Origin: Bacteroidota bacterium
GTDB lineage: Bacteria > CLD3 > SB21
Length of the DNA: 28,693 nt
Assembly: GCA_020438245.1 (NCBI GenBank)
Contig: JAGQUY010000142.1
Coordinates: 1-28,693, forward strand
Reading direction: 5' to 3'
Below the pieces are notes generated by a model. It was given only the letters and a program-made list of their open reading frames with translations. It was not told where the DNA came from and made no database searches. Within the stretch, counting starts at the first letter, position 1. Each line of letters starts with the position of its first letter. A program made the translations under genes and the position numbers. Of this stretch, positions 1 through 8,114 are shown in pieces.

Positions 1-1023
1 ATGACCGGATATCAGGAAATTTTGTCCGACCCATCGTATTGCGGACAACTGGTTGTGATGACCTATCCGCTGATTGGTAACTACGGTATCAACGAACAAG
101 ATTTTGAGTCCAAGAAGCCGTATGTCCGGGCGATGATCGTTAAGGAAATATGTGACGAGCCGTCCAATTGGCGCTCTACCATGACCATGAGTGAGTTGTT
201 TGATAAGCATCAAATCATGGGGATCGAAGGACTGGATACCCGTGCTATTACACGCCATGTGAGACACTACGGAGCAATGAGGGCGATTTTATCGAGCAGG
301 GATCTTAACAGCGCCCGCCTTCTCGAAAAAGTAAAACAAGCACCAAGCATGGTAGGTGCCAATCTCGTAAATGAGGTGACCTGCCCCGAAGCCTATTCGT
401 GGAATACCTCCAACGATCCGTCGTGGCAATTCCGGGATAACATCACATCTGAAGCCGCTAACAAGATCGTGGTGTATGATTTCGGGGTGAAGCACAATAT
501 CCTTCGTAAGTTTTCGGAGCGGGGATGTTCTCTCGACATAGTACCTTCGTACACAAAAGCGGAGGAAGTGTTGGCGATGAATCCGGATGGGGTATTCTTA
601 TCGAACGGACCGGGAGATCCGGAGGCGGTGGATTATGTCATTCCGGAAATTCGAAAGATCCTGGAAAAGAAACCTGTGTTCGGAATATGCCTCGGACAGC
701 AATTGCTGGGGATTGCCCTCGGTGGCCGGACGTTTAAACTGAAATTTGGTCATCGGGGGGCAAACCATCCTGTCAAGAATCTTGCGACCGGCGTCATCGA
801 AATTACTTCTCAAAATCACGGATTTGCGCTTGATCCAAAGTCTTTGGATGAAAAAGAGATTGAACTGACCCATTTTAATCTGTATGACGGGACCTTGGAA
901 GGATTTCGACACAAGTCTTTACCGGTCTTTTCCGTGCAATATCATCCCGAAGCATCCCCGGGTCCGCACGATAGCGATTACCTGTTCAATCTATTCATGG
1001 ACAGCATAGAACGCTCTCGTTAG
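1..1023 (+). CDS. carA: Carbamoyl-phosphate synthase small (glutaminase) subunit, 5'-truncated by the window edge
   Basis: MTGYQEILSDPSYCGQLVVMTYPLIGNYG (CPSase small-chain N domain), LSNGPGDP, GICLGQQ nucleophile Cys, KFGHRGANHPV, SQNHGF, QYHPEASPGPHD His/Glu. The first Met is internal to the normal protein, so the true start lies upstream. Confidence 0.97.
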   Translation: MTGYQEILSDPSYCGQLVVMTYPLIGNYGINEQDFESKKPYVRAMIVKEICDEPSNWRSTMTMSELFDKHQIMGIEGLDTRAITRHVRHYGAMRAILSSRDLNSARLLEKVKQAPSMVGANLVNEVTCPEAYSWNTSNDPSWQFRDNITSEAANKIVVYDFGVKHNILRKFSERGCSLDIVPSYTKAEEVLAMNPDGVFLSNGPGDPEAVDYVIPEIRKILEKKPVFGICLGQQLLGIALGGRTFKLKFGHRGANHPVKNLATGVIEITSQNHGFALDPKSLDEKEIELTHFNLYDGTLEGFRHKSLPVFSVQYHPEASPGPHDSDYLFNLFMDSIERSR

Positions 1024-1150
1024 GAAAAGTTCTCCGCTGAATGAGCGCGTCGAGGGTAAAGATGTGCCGATCGTCTCCATGAAGGAATCAGTCACCCCCG
1101 TTCAGATGTTCTGTTGGCATGCTTCGACAAAATTTGTATGCGTCTCAGGG

Positions 1151-1879
1151 TCAGTAAATAACCTCCTCCAAATACAGCCCGTGTGCGGGAGCTGCAAAGC
1201 CAGCCGTCCTTCTGTCTCTTTCTTCCAAAATATGCTGAAGATCTTCAAGGGAGAGTTTTCCATTGCCCAGTCTGACAAACGTCCCCACCAAGGCTCGAAC
1301 CATGCTGTGAACGAACCGATTGGCGTGTATTTCAAAGATACGGAAAGTACCTTCGTCATACCAATCCGCTTTGCGCACCTCGCATCGATGGTGGTTTACT
1401 TCCGCCTGAACAAGGCAGAAGGACTTGAAGTCGTGCTCTCCAAGGATCTGCCGGCAACCTTCGCGCATCACCTCCAAATCGAGTGTATGCGGATAATACC
1501 AGGCATGCATTCGATGAAGAGCGGTTGGCTGCTGAATGATATAATATTTGTACCGTCGCTCTTTGGCGGAAAACCGGGCATGAAAGCTTTCGTCCACTTC
1601 TTCCATGGACTTAATGCGGACATCTTCCGGAAGAACGGCGTTGAGGCCTTTGGTAAACTCAAAAGTTCCGATGCTTTTGGCTATCCTAAAATTGGCAACC
1701 TGACCGCGCGCATGAACCCCTGAATCCGTTCGGCCGGCTCCTTCGACGGTCACTTCCTCGCCGGTAATCTGATAGACCGCGGCTTTTAATTCTCCCTGAA
1801 CCGAGCGGCAATCCTTTTGAATTTGCCACCCGCAGAAGTTCGTACCGTCGTACTCGACAATGATTTTGAGATTACGCAT
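1151..1879 (-). CDS. truA: tRNA pseudouridine(38-40) synthase
   Basis: LKIIVEYDGTNFCGWQIQ, AGRTDSGVHARGQV (catalytic Asp), FHARFSAKERRYKY, GEHDFKSF, ANRFVHSMVR, APAHGLYLEEVIY. Confidence 0.97.
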   Translation of the reverse strand: MRNLKIIVEYDGTNFCGWQIQKDCRSVQGELKAAVYQITGEEVTVEGAGRTDSGVHARGQVANFRIAKSIGTFEFTKGLNAVLPEDVRIKSMEEVDESFHARFSAKERRYKYYIIQQPTALHRMHAWYYPHTLDLEVMREGCRQILGEHDFKSFCLVQAEVNHHRCEVRKADWYDEGTFRIFEIHANRFVHSMVRALVGTFVRLGNGKLSLEDLQHILEERDRRTAGFAAPAHGLYLEEVIY

Positions 1880-1921
1880 AAAAAGAAAGGCTGTCCCTCG
1901 CCGTTGGGACGGGGGACAGCC
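1880..1921 (-). terminator. Rho-independent terminator after the 31-aa gene, directly upstream of truA
   Basis: Minus strand reads GGCTGTCCC-CCGT-CCCA-ACGG-CGA-GGGACAGCC followed by TTTCTTTTT: 9-bp GC-rich outer stem, 4-bp inner stem and a U tract. Confidence 0.8.
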
Positions 1922-1944
1922 TACGCCTTAAGGCAAATCACTGG

Positions 1945-2040
1945 TTAGCGATTTTTCTTCTTATGACGGTCACGACGAAGGCGCTTTTTGCGCTTGTGGG
2001 TCGCCATCTTCCGCCGTTTTCTTTTTCTTCCACAGGGCAT
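1945..2040 (-). CDS. 31-aa Lys/Arg-rich small protein, AURKAIP1/COX24 (mS38/bS22-like, DUF1713) family; not in the ORF track
   Basis: Hand translation MPCGRKRKRRKMATHKRKKRLRRDRHKKKNR*, with GGAG Shine-Dalgarno 6 nt upstream. The MPxGxKRKRxKMxxHKRKKRLRxxRHK pattern is characteristic of this family. Confidence 0.88.
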   Translation of the reverse strand: MPCGRKRKRRKMATHKRKKRLRRDRHKKKNR

Positions 2041-2051
2041 GGTGGACTCCT

Positions 2052-2357
2052 TTATTTATCCGGATTTGATTGATTAACTGCTTTTCGCAAATCTTTGGAC
2101 GGTCGGAACTGGGGAACCCGTCTCTTCGGAAGATGAATGGTTGCGCCCGTTTTCGGGTTGCGCGCCTTTCGTGGTTCCCGGTCGATAATTCTCAAGCTCC
2201 CCAGGCCGCGGATCTCGACTTCTTTGCCGTTTTTCAAGGCCTGGTGAATGGCATAAATAAATCCGTTGATGACGGCTTCGGTTTCAATTTTGGTCATGCC
2301 AACCGCTTCGGCCACCGTGGACACAATTTCAGCTTTGGTCACATTCATGGTTTTCAT
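2052..2357 (-). CDS. HU/IHF-family nucleoid protein (IHF-beta-like)
   Basis: TKAEIV...VEIRGLGSL...ARNPKTG...VPQFRPSKDLR. ATGA overlap with the sppA stop; alternative start at 2348. sppA-ihfB adjacency is a known gene order. Confidence 0.9.
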   Translation of the reverse strand: MKTMNVTKAEIVSTVAEAVGMTKIETEAVINGFIYAIHQALKNGKEVEIRGLGSLRIIDREPRKARNPKTGATIHLPKRRVPQFRPSKDLRKAVNQSNPDK

Positions 2358-3235
2358 AGTCCGTATTTGTAACTCACCACCGGATAGAGACGAAATTCCG
2401 GCAGTAGTTGGTCAATTTTTTGTGCCGCATCATCGTTGAATACAAAGTCAAAAATCGAAGATCGTTTCTTTTCCTCCCGAACAATCGAAGGCTCTCCCGT
2501 GAGTCCGGCCATTCTTCCGGCAACGTGGATGGCGTCATCGTAGGTCCCCAGGCGGTCCACGAGGCCGTACGCCAACGCTTGTTCCCCGGTAAATACTCGT
2601 CCATCGGCCAGGGGCCTGACATCGGCTGTATCGATATTGCGAGATTGGGCAACGGCCGTAAGAAATTGTTGGTAGGCGTTCATCACAAATGACTGGAGAT
2701 AATCGGCCTCTTGCTTAGTCATGTCGCGAAAAGGGCTTAATGCGTCTTTGAACTGACCCGACTTAATCGTCGTGAACTTGACACCGACTTTTTCGAGCAG
2801 TTTATCGACGTTGGGATATTGTATGATGACGCCGATACTGCCCGTAATCGTTCCGGGGTTGGCGACGATCGTGTCCGCGGGACAAGCGACATAGTATCCG
2901 CCGGACGCAGCCACACTGCCCATGGAAACAATGACCGGTTTGCCCGCTGCGCGGGTCTTGCGCACGATATCGAAAATCTCCTGTGAGGGAGTAATTCCTC
3001 CACCGGGGCTGTCTATTCTGAAGACAATGGCTTCCACCGACGAGTCATCCCGGAACTTCTTAAATTGCCGGACAATGTCCCGCGAATCTTCGATCGCCCC
3101 GTTCAGTTCAATAACCGCAATTCGTTTACCCAGATGGATGTCCGCGTCAAAAAAGCGGAAAAACGTCACAGCCAGAACGGACAGAAAGCAACACCCCAAA
3201 AGGATGAGCAGGATAATTGTTGACTTATTCTTCAT
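2354..3235 (-). CDS. sppA: Signal peptide peptidase SppA (S49, short single-domain type)
   Basis: N-terminal hydrophobic anchor, FRIDSPGGG, SMGSVAASGGYYVA (catalytic Ser), GSIGVI, KSGQFKD (Lys), ADGRVFTGEQAL..GLVD.LG. Confidence 0.95.
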   Translation of the reverse strand: MKNKSTIILLILLGCCFLSVLAVTFFRFFDADIHLGKRIAVIELNGAIEDSRDIVRQFKKFRDDSSVEAIVFRIDSPGGGITPSQEIFDIVRKTRAAGKPVIVSMGSVAASGGYYVACPADTIVANPGTITGSIGVIIQYPNVDKLLEKVGVKFTTIKSGQFKDALSPFRDMTKQEADYLQSFVMNAYQQFLTAVAQSRNIDTADVRPLADGRVFTGEQALAYGLVDRLGTYDDAIHVAGRMAGLTGEPSIVREEKKRSSIFDFVFNDDAAQKIDQLLPEFRLYPVVSYKYGL

Positions 3236-3271
3236 AAAGCGGCGTAATAATATGAAAATTCACCCGGAGTG

Positions 3272-4873
3272 TCAACGCTGGTCTTTCTGAATCCAGGTTT
3301 TCCCGAATTTACGGATCGAGCTGGAATGCAGTTTGAAACCCTGGACATACTTGGCCATCGGGACAATGGAGACCGAGTGTGCTATAGTAAACCACGGCAA
3401 ATCCTCGTTGAAGAGTTCGCAGCCCTGTTTGTAGATCTGGCTCCTTTCCACAGGATCAAAGACAGAAATGCCCTTGTGAATCAATTCGTCCATCTTTGCA
3501 CTCTTATAGAAGGCAATGTTCGACGCTGAAACCTCATTGGCGCTTTCCGAACTCAGCAGCGGGCTGAAGAAGAAGTTGGGATCGGGAGCATCGCCAATCC
3601 ATCCAAAAATGGCCAATTCATGTTCACCTTTTGAGATTCGATCGGTGTGTTCTTTCCACGTCGGTCCGCTATATATTTCAGTTTCAATTCCAACTACTTT
3701 AAGGTCCCGCTGGATGATCTCGGCAGCCAGTTTTCCATTCGGCATGTATTCCCGAATGATCGGCATAGTCCAGAGTTTGGCTTTGAATCCTTTGGGATAT
3801 CCGGCTTCTTTCAACAATTGTTTTGACTTTTCAGGATCGTAGGGGGTATATCGGATCTCCTCGTTGTAACCGATCAGCATAGGTGGAATGGGGTTCTTGG
3901 CTGGTCGACCGAGTTGACCGTAGAGTTCGCGAACGAGCTTCTCCCTGTTGATAGCATAAACAATCGCCTGACGGATTCGAAGATCGTCAAACGGCTTCTT
4001 TTTCATGTTCATGGCCATATAACAAATGTTGATACCTGGTTGCTTGGCAGATTTTACGCCGGCGGTTCGATCCATGTCGCCAATGTCTGCTTGGTCGGGC
4101 ACCGCCATCATGTCGATTTCTCCGGCCTTCAGGGCTTTCCATCGGTCTTTGGCACTCGGTATGGGCTTGAAGATAATTGTATCCAGATACGGGCGGCCGT
4201 TCCAATAATCATTGTTGGCTATCACGGTAACGACTCCGTCGTCACTCCAGCTGAGAAATTTGAAAGGACCCGTACCCACCGGATTTCTTTCGATATCGTC
4301 GCCGTATTTTTTCAAGGCCGTGGGACTGACAATCGATGTCACATAGAGGGAAAGTAGATTCAGGAAAGTCGGGTTGGCGCTTCCGAGAACGAATTCAACG
4401 GTAGAATCATCAACGGCCTTCCATGAGCTGATGATGTTGGACATACCCAGATTATCCCAAAACTCGAAGCGCCCGGCCCGATGATAGGGGTTCTTGGGAT
4501 CACGCTGCCGTTCAAAACTCAGCAGCACGGCCTCTGCGTTAAACGGCGTCCCATCGTGGAACTGGACACCCGATCGCAAATGAAACGTGTAGGTCTTTCC
4601 GTCTTCGGAAATGTCCCATGATCGTGCCAGACCGGGATTGATACCGGCTTTGCCGGCTTGCTGCTCGATCAGACCCTCGTAGATGTTGGAAATGACGATG
4701 GAAGACTCTCCTTCGCGGGCTATGGCGGGATCCATGGTAATTGCGGGTCCGTTTTTGGCATAGGTTAGAGTCCCGCCGTATTCAGGCTTCAGCAATTCTG
4801 TTTCCTCTGAAGGTTGTTCCGACGAACAGGAAAGAAAGAATAGGGTGGTCAGCAACGCGGCAATGAGTTTCAT
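3272..4873 (-). CDS. DppA-like ABC substrate-binding lipoprotein, family 5 (copy 1)
   Basis: Lipobox FLSC16, LARSWDISEDGKTYTFHLRSGVQFHDGTPFNAEAV family-5 signature, PVGTGPFKF, REYMPNG and GWIGDAPDP DppA-type motifs. Confidence 0.93.
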   Translation of the reverse strand: MKLIAALLTTLFFLSCSSEQPSEETELLKPEYGGTLTYAKNGPAITMDPAIAREGESSIVISNIYEGLIEQQAGKAGINPGLARSWDISEDGKTYTFHLRSGVQFHDGTPFNAEAVLLSFERQRDPKNPYHRAGRFEFWDNLGMSNIISSWKAVDDSTVEFVLGSANPTFLNLLSLYVTSIVSPTALKKYGDDIERNPVGTGPFKFLSWSDDGVVTVIANNDYWNGRPYLDTIIFKPIPSAKDRWKALKAGEIDMMAVPDQADIGDMDRTAGVKSAKQPGINICYMAMNMKKKPFDDLRIRQAIVYAINREKLVRELYGQLGRPAKNPIPPMLIGYNEEIRYTPYDPEKSKQLLKEAGYPKGFKAKLWTMPIIREYMPNGKLAAEIIQRDLKVVGIETEIYSGPTWKEHTDRISKGEHELAIFGWIGDAPDPNFFFSPLLSSESANEVSASNIAFYKSAKMDELIHKGISVFDPVERSQIYKQGCELFNEDLPWFTIAHSVSIVPMAKYVQGFKLHSSSIRKFGKTWIQKDQR

Positions 4874-4883
4874 GTGTACCTCC

Positions 4884-6464
4884 TTACGGATTTATCCACG
4901 TTTTATTGAATCGGCGTGTGGAACTTGCATGCATTTGGAAATTGGTCAGGCTTTTTTTCATGACCAGTACATTGACGGAGTGGGCGATGGTGAACCAGGG
5001 AAGATCCTGGTTAAAAAGCTCACAGGCTTTCTTATAGATCTGACTACGCTGGACCGGATCAAATGTGGTGATGCCTTTTTGAATCAAATCGCTCATCGCA
5101 TCGCTTTTGTAAAAGGCAATGTTCGTCGCGGAAGAAAGGCTGGCGCTCTCTTTGGAAAGAAGGGGGCTAAAAAAGAAATGCGGATCAGGTGCATCGCCGA
5201 TCCATCCGAAAATGGACAATTCATGCTCACCACGGGCAACCCGGTCACGGTGTTCACTCCAGGTGGGAGCCTGGTAAATTTCCGTTTCAATCCCGACTGC
5301 CTTCAGATCGCGTTGAATGATTTCGGCCATCAACTGACCGTTGGGCATATACTCTCGGGCAATCGGCATCGTCCATAATTTGGCCTTGAATCCATTTGGA
5401 TAACCTGCATCCTTCAGTAGCTGCTTTGATTTTTCCGGGTCGAAGGGAGTGAAACGGATTTCTTCCGCGTATCCAAGCAGCATGGGTGGTATAGGATTCT
5501 TTGCGGGTCGTCCAAGTCGCCCGTAGACTTCACGTACTAGCTTTTCGCGGTCAATGGCATAGACGATCGCCTCTCGGATACGTACGTCATCAAAGGGCTT
5601 CTTATTCATGTTCATCGCCATATAGCAGATGTTAACGCCGGGTTGCTTAACGAGTGTAATCCCCCGCGTGCGTTCCATATCTGGGATATCTGCCTGGTCG
5701 GGAACTGCCATCATGTCGAGGGAACCGTCGCGGAGCGCATTCCATCGATCCGCCGCGCTCGCCATCGGCTTGAAAATAAGTGAATCGATGTATGGCCGGC
5801 CGTCCCAGTAGTCCGGATTTGCGACGGTTACAACCGTCCCATCGTCTTCCCATTTGACAAATTTGAATGCACCGGTTCCTGAAGGGTTCTTTGCAAAGTC
5901 ATTTCCGTATTGCTGTGCAGACTCCTTGCTGACAATACCAAGAAAAGTGAGTGAAAGAATATTTAGAAAGGTTGCATCAGGCTGACGGAGTTGCATCCTG
6001 ACGGTCGAGTCATTAACCGTTTTGATGGATGAGATCACCTGATCGATATTAAAATTTCTCCAGTATTCAAAGTCGGCTCCTTCCCGTTGGCGTTCAAAAG
6101 AGTACACCACGGCGTCGGCATTAAAGGGGGAGCCGTCATGAAATTTCACGTTTTGACGCAGGTGAAATGTATACGTCTTTCCATCTTCAGAGATGTCCCA
6201 CCGATATGCAAGGGAGGGTTCGATGGCGATGCGTCCTGCTTTTTGTCTGACAAGTCCGTCAAAAAGATTGTCTGTAATGATTGAGGATTCGGTTTCAGTT
6301 GTCTTGGCCGCGTCCAATGTGATCGGGACGCCCGTTTTACCGTAAACAAGGGTGCCGCCGTATACCGGTTTCAATTCTTCCGAGTCAGCGTCCGGTTTGG
6401 TCTCTGTGGAACATCCCAAAATAAAAAACACGGTAAGAATCCATAGCGCGCGTAAAAAGGTCAT
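4884..6464 (-). CDS. DppA-like ABC substrate-binding lipoprotein, family 5 (copy 2)
   Basis: Lipobox ILGC18, RWDISEDGKTYTFHLRQNVKFHDG, GTGAFKF, REYMPNG, GWIGDAPDP. Confidence 0.93.
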   Translation of the reverse strand: MTFLRALWILTVFFILGCSTETKPDADSEELKPVYGGTLVYGKTGVPITLDAAKTTETESSIITDNLFDGLVRQKAGRIAIEPSLAYRWDISEDGKTYTFHLRQNVKFHDGSPFNADAVVYSFERQREGADFEYWRNFNIDQVISSIKTVNDSTVRMQLRQPDATFLNILSLTFLGIVSKESAQQYGNDFAKNPSGTGAFKFVKWEDDGTVVTVANPDYWDGRPYIDSLIFKPMASAADRWNALRDGSLDMMAVPDQADIPDMERTRGITLVKQPGVNICYMAMNMNKKPFDDVRIREAIVYAIDREKLVREVYGRLGRPAKNPIPPMLLGYAEEIRFTPFDPEKSKQLLKDAGYPNGFKAKLWTMPIAREYMPNGQLMAEIIQRDLKAVGIETEIYQAPTWSEHRDRVARGEHELSIFGWIGDAPDPHFFFSPLLSKESASLSSATNIAFYKSDAMSDLIQKGITTFDPVQRSQIYKKACELFNQDLPWFTIAHSVNVLVMKKSLTNFQMHASSTRRFNKTWINP

Positions 6465-6509
6465 AAATACCTCAATGGGTTTGGGCGGATTTTAGTTCGA
6501 GCTCCGCAA

Positions 6510-8099
6510 TTAGGGTTGCAACCAAACTTTGTCAAACCGTCTTGTCGAGCTGGCATGCATTTGGAAATTGGTCACACTTTTTCGCATAACCACCATATTC
6601 AATGCATGGGCAATTGTAAACCAGGGAAGGTCCTCATTAAAAACAACGCATGCCTGTTTATAGAGGTTGCTTCTTTCCACCGGATCAACAGTAATTTTGG
6701 CCTTCTCTATCAGGTCGTGCATGACGTCGCTTGCGTAAAATGCGTTATTGTTCGTCGGCAGGCTTTGGAGAGCTGTTTTGTCGAGAAGAAAGTGAAAAAA
6801 GAAATGTGGATCCGGTGCGTCGCCAATCCATCCGCCGATGGCCAGGTCGTGTTTTCCATTGCCTCGTTCAGAAAGAAATGTTTTCCAGTCCCTGAGTACG
6901 GTGTCGGCCTGAATTCCGACGGCTTTCAAATACTCCTGCACGATGGTTCCGGCAAGTACTCCGTCGGGCATATAGTCGCGGAAAATGGTCATGGTGTACA
7001 AATTGCACTTAAACCCGTTTGGGTACCCCGCCTCAGCCAATAGTTGTTTCGATTTTTCCGGATCATAGGGGGAATAACGGATTTCTTCGTTGTATCCCAG
7101 CAAGACAGGCGGAATGGGATTTTTGGCCGGTCGGCCGAATTGTCCGTAGACTCGCCGAACCAGGTCTTCCCGATTAATGGCATACACCACGGCCTGCCTG
7201 ACTTTCAGATTGTCGAATGGTTTCTTCCGCATATTCATGGACATATAGGCCACGTTGACACCGTGTTGCTTCATGGTAGTGATACCCGCTTCCCGCATGA
7301 TGTCGTCAACAAAAGACTTGTCCGGAGCTCCGATCATTGTAATTTCATTGTTCTTTAACTGGTTCCACCGGTCCATCGCATTGCGAACAGGTTTGAAGAT
7401 CAACGTATCCAAATAAGGACGGCCATGCCAGAAATGCTCATTCGCAACAGTGATTACGGTGCCGTCTTCATTCCAGGAGACAAATCGAAAGGGTCCCGTT
7501 CCCACAGGATGACGGCTGAAGTCTTCTCCGTATTTCTTCACGGCATCCGGACTCACGATAAAAAGGAAATTCAAAGACAGAACATTCAGGAACGTGGCAT
7601 CTGCCTGAGTGAGCTGGATCCGTACGGTCGAATCGTTGACGGATTTTATTTCCTTGACCAATTCTTCCATATTGAGATTATGCCAATATTCAAAATCACC
7701 CTTCGCGTCCTTCTGTCGCTCAAAGGTGAATACGACCGCATCGGCGTTGAACGGTGTGCCGTCGTGAAACTGAACCCCCTGCCGAAGGTGAAACGTATAG
7801 GTTTTTCCGTCGTCCGAAATATCCCATCGTGTCGCGAGCGCCGGATCAATGGCGATTCGGCCTGCCCGCTGCTGAACCAACCCGTCGAATACATTGCCTA
7901 CGATTATGGATGATTCGGTTTCACGTGTCTTGGCTGCATCCAAGGTCAGCGGAGGCCCATTCTTCCCGTACACAAACGTTCCGCCATACACAGGTTTTAA
8001 GTCTTCTTCGCCGTCACCCTGATCTTGTTTGGTGCCGCAGCTCAAGGCGACCGTCAAAGTCAAACAGGCAATGATCCGGAACCGATTTCGTTTGATCAT
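6510..8099 (-). CDS. DppA-like ABC substrate-binding lipoprotein, family 5 (copy 3)
   Basis: Lipobox ALSC21, RWDISDDGKTYTFHLRQGVQFHDG, PVGTGPFRF, RDYMPDG, GWIGDAPDP. Confidence 0.93.
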   Translation of the reverse strand: MIKRNRFRIIACLTLTVALSCGTKQDQGDGEEDLKPVYGGTFVYGKNGPPLTLDAAKTRETESSIIVGNVFDGLVQQRAGRIAIDPALATRWDISDDGKTYTFHLRQGVQFHDGTPFNADAVVFTFERQKDAKGDFEYWHNLNMEELVKEIKSVNDSTVRIQLTQADATFLNVLSLNFLFIVSPDAVKKYGEDFSRHPVGTGPFRFVSWNEDGTVITVANEHFWHGRPYLDTLIFKPVRNAMDRWNQLKNNEITMIGAPDKSFVDDIMREAGITTMKQHGVNVAYMSMNMRKKPFDNLKVRQAVVYAINREDLVRRVYGQFGRPAKNPIPPVLLGYNEEIRYSPYDPEKSKQLLAEAGYPNGFKCNLYTMTIFRDYMPDGVLAGTIVQEYLKAVGIQADTVLRDWKTFLSERGNGKHDLAIGGWIGDAPDPHFFFHFLLDKTALQSLPTNNNAFYASDVMHDLIEKAKITVDPVERSNLYKQACVVFNEDLPWFTIAHALNMVVMRKSVTNFQMHASSTRRFDKVWLQP

Positions 8100-8114
8100 G
8101 ACAACAACTCCTGA

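Noticed and set aside
1064-1723. 219-aa + strand ORF over truA
   Set aside because: Antisense shadow of truA with no recognisable motif.
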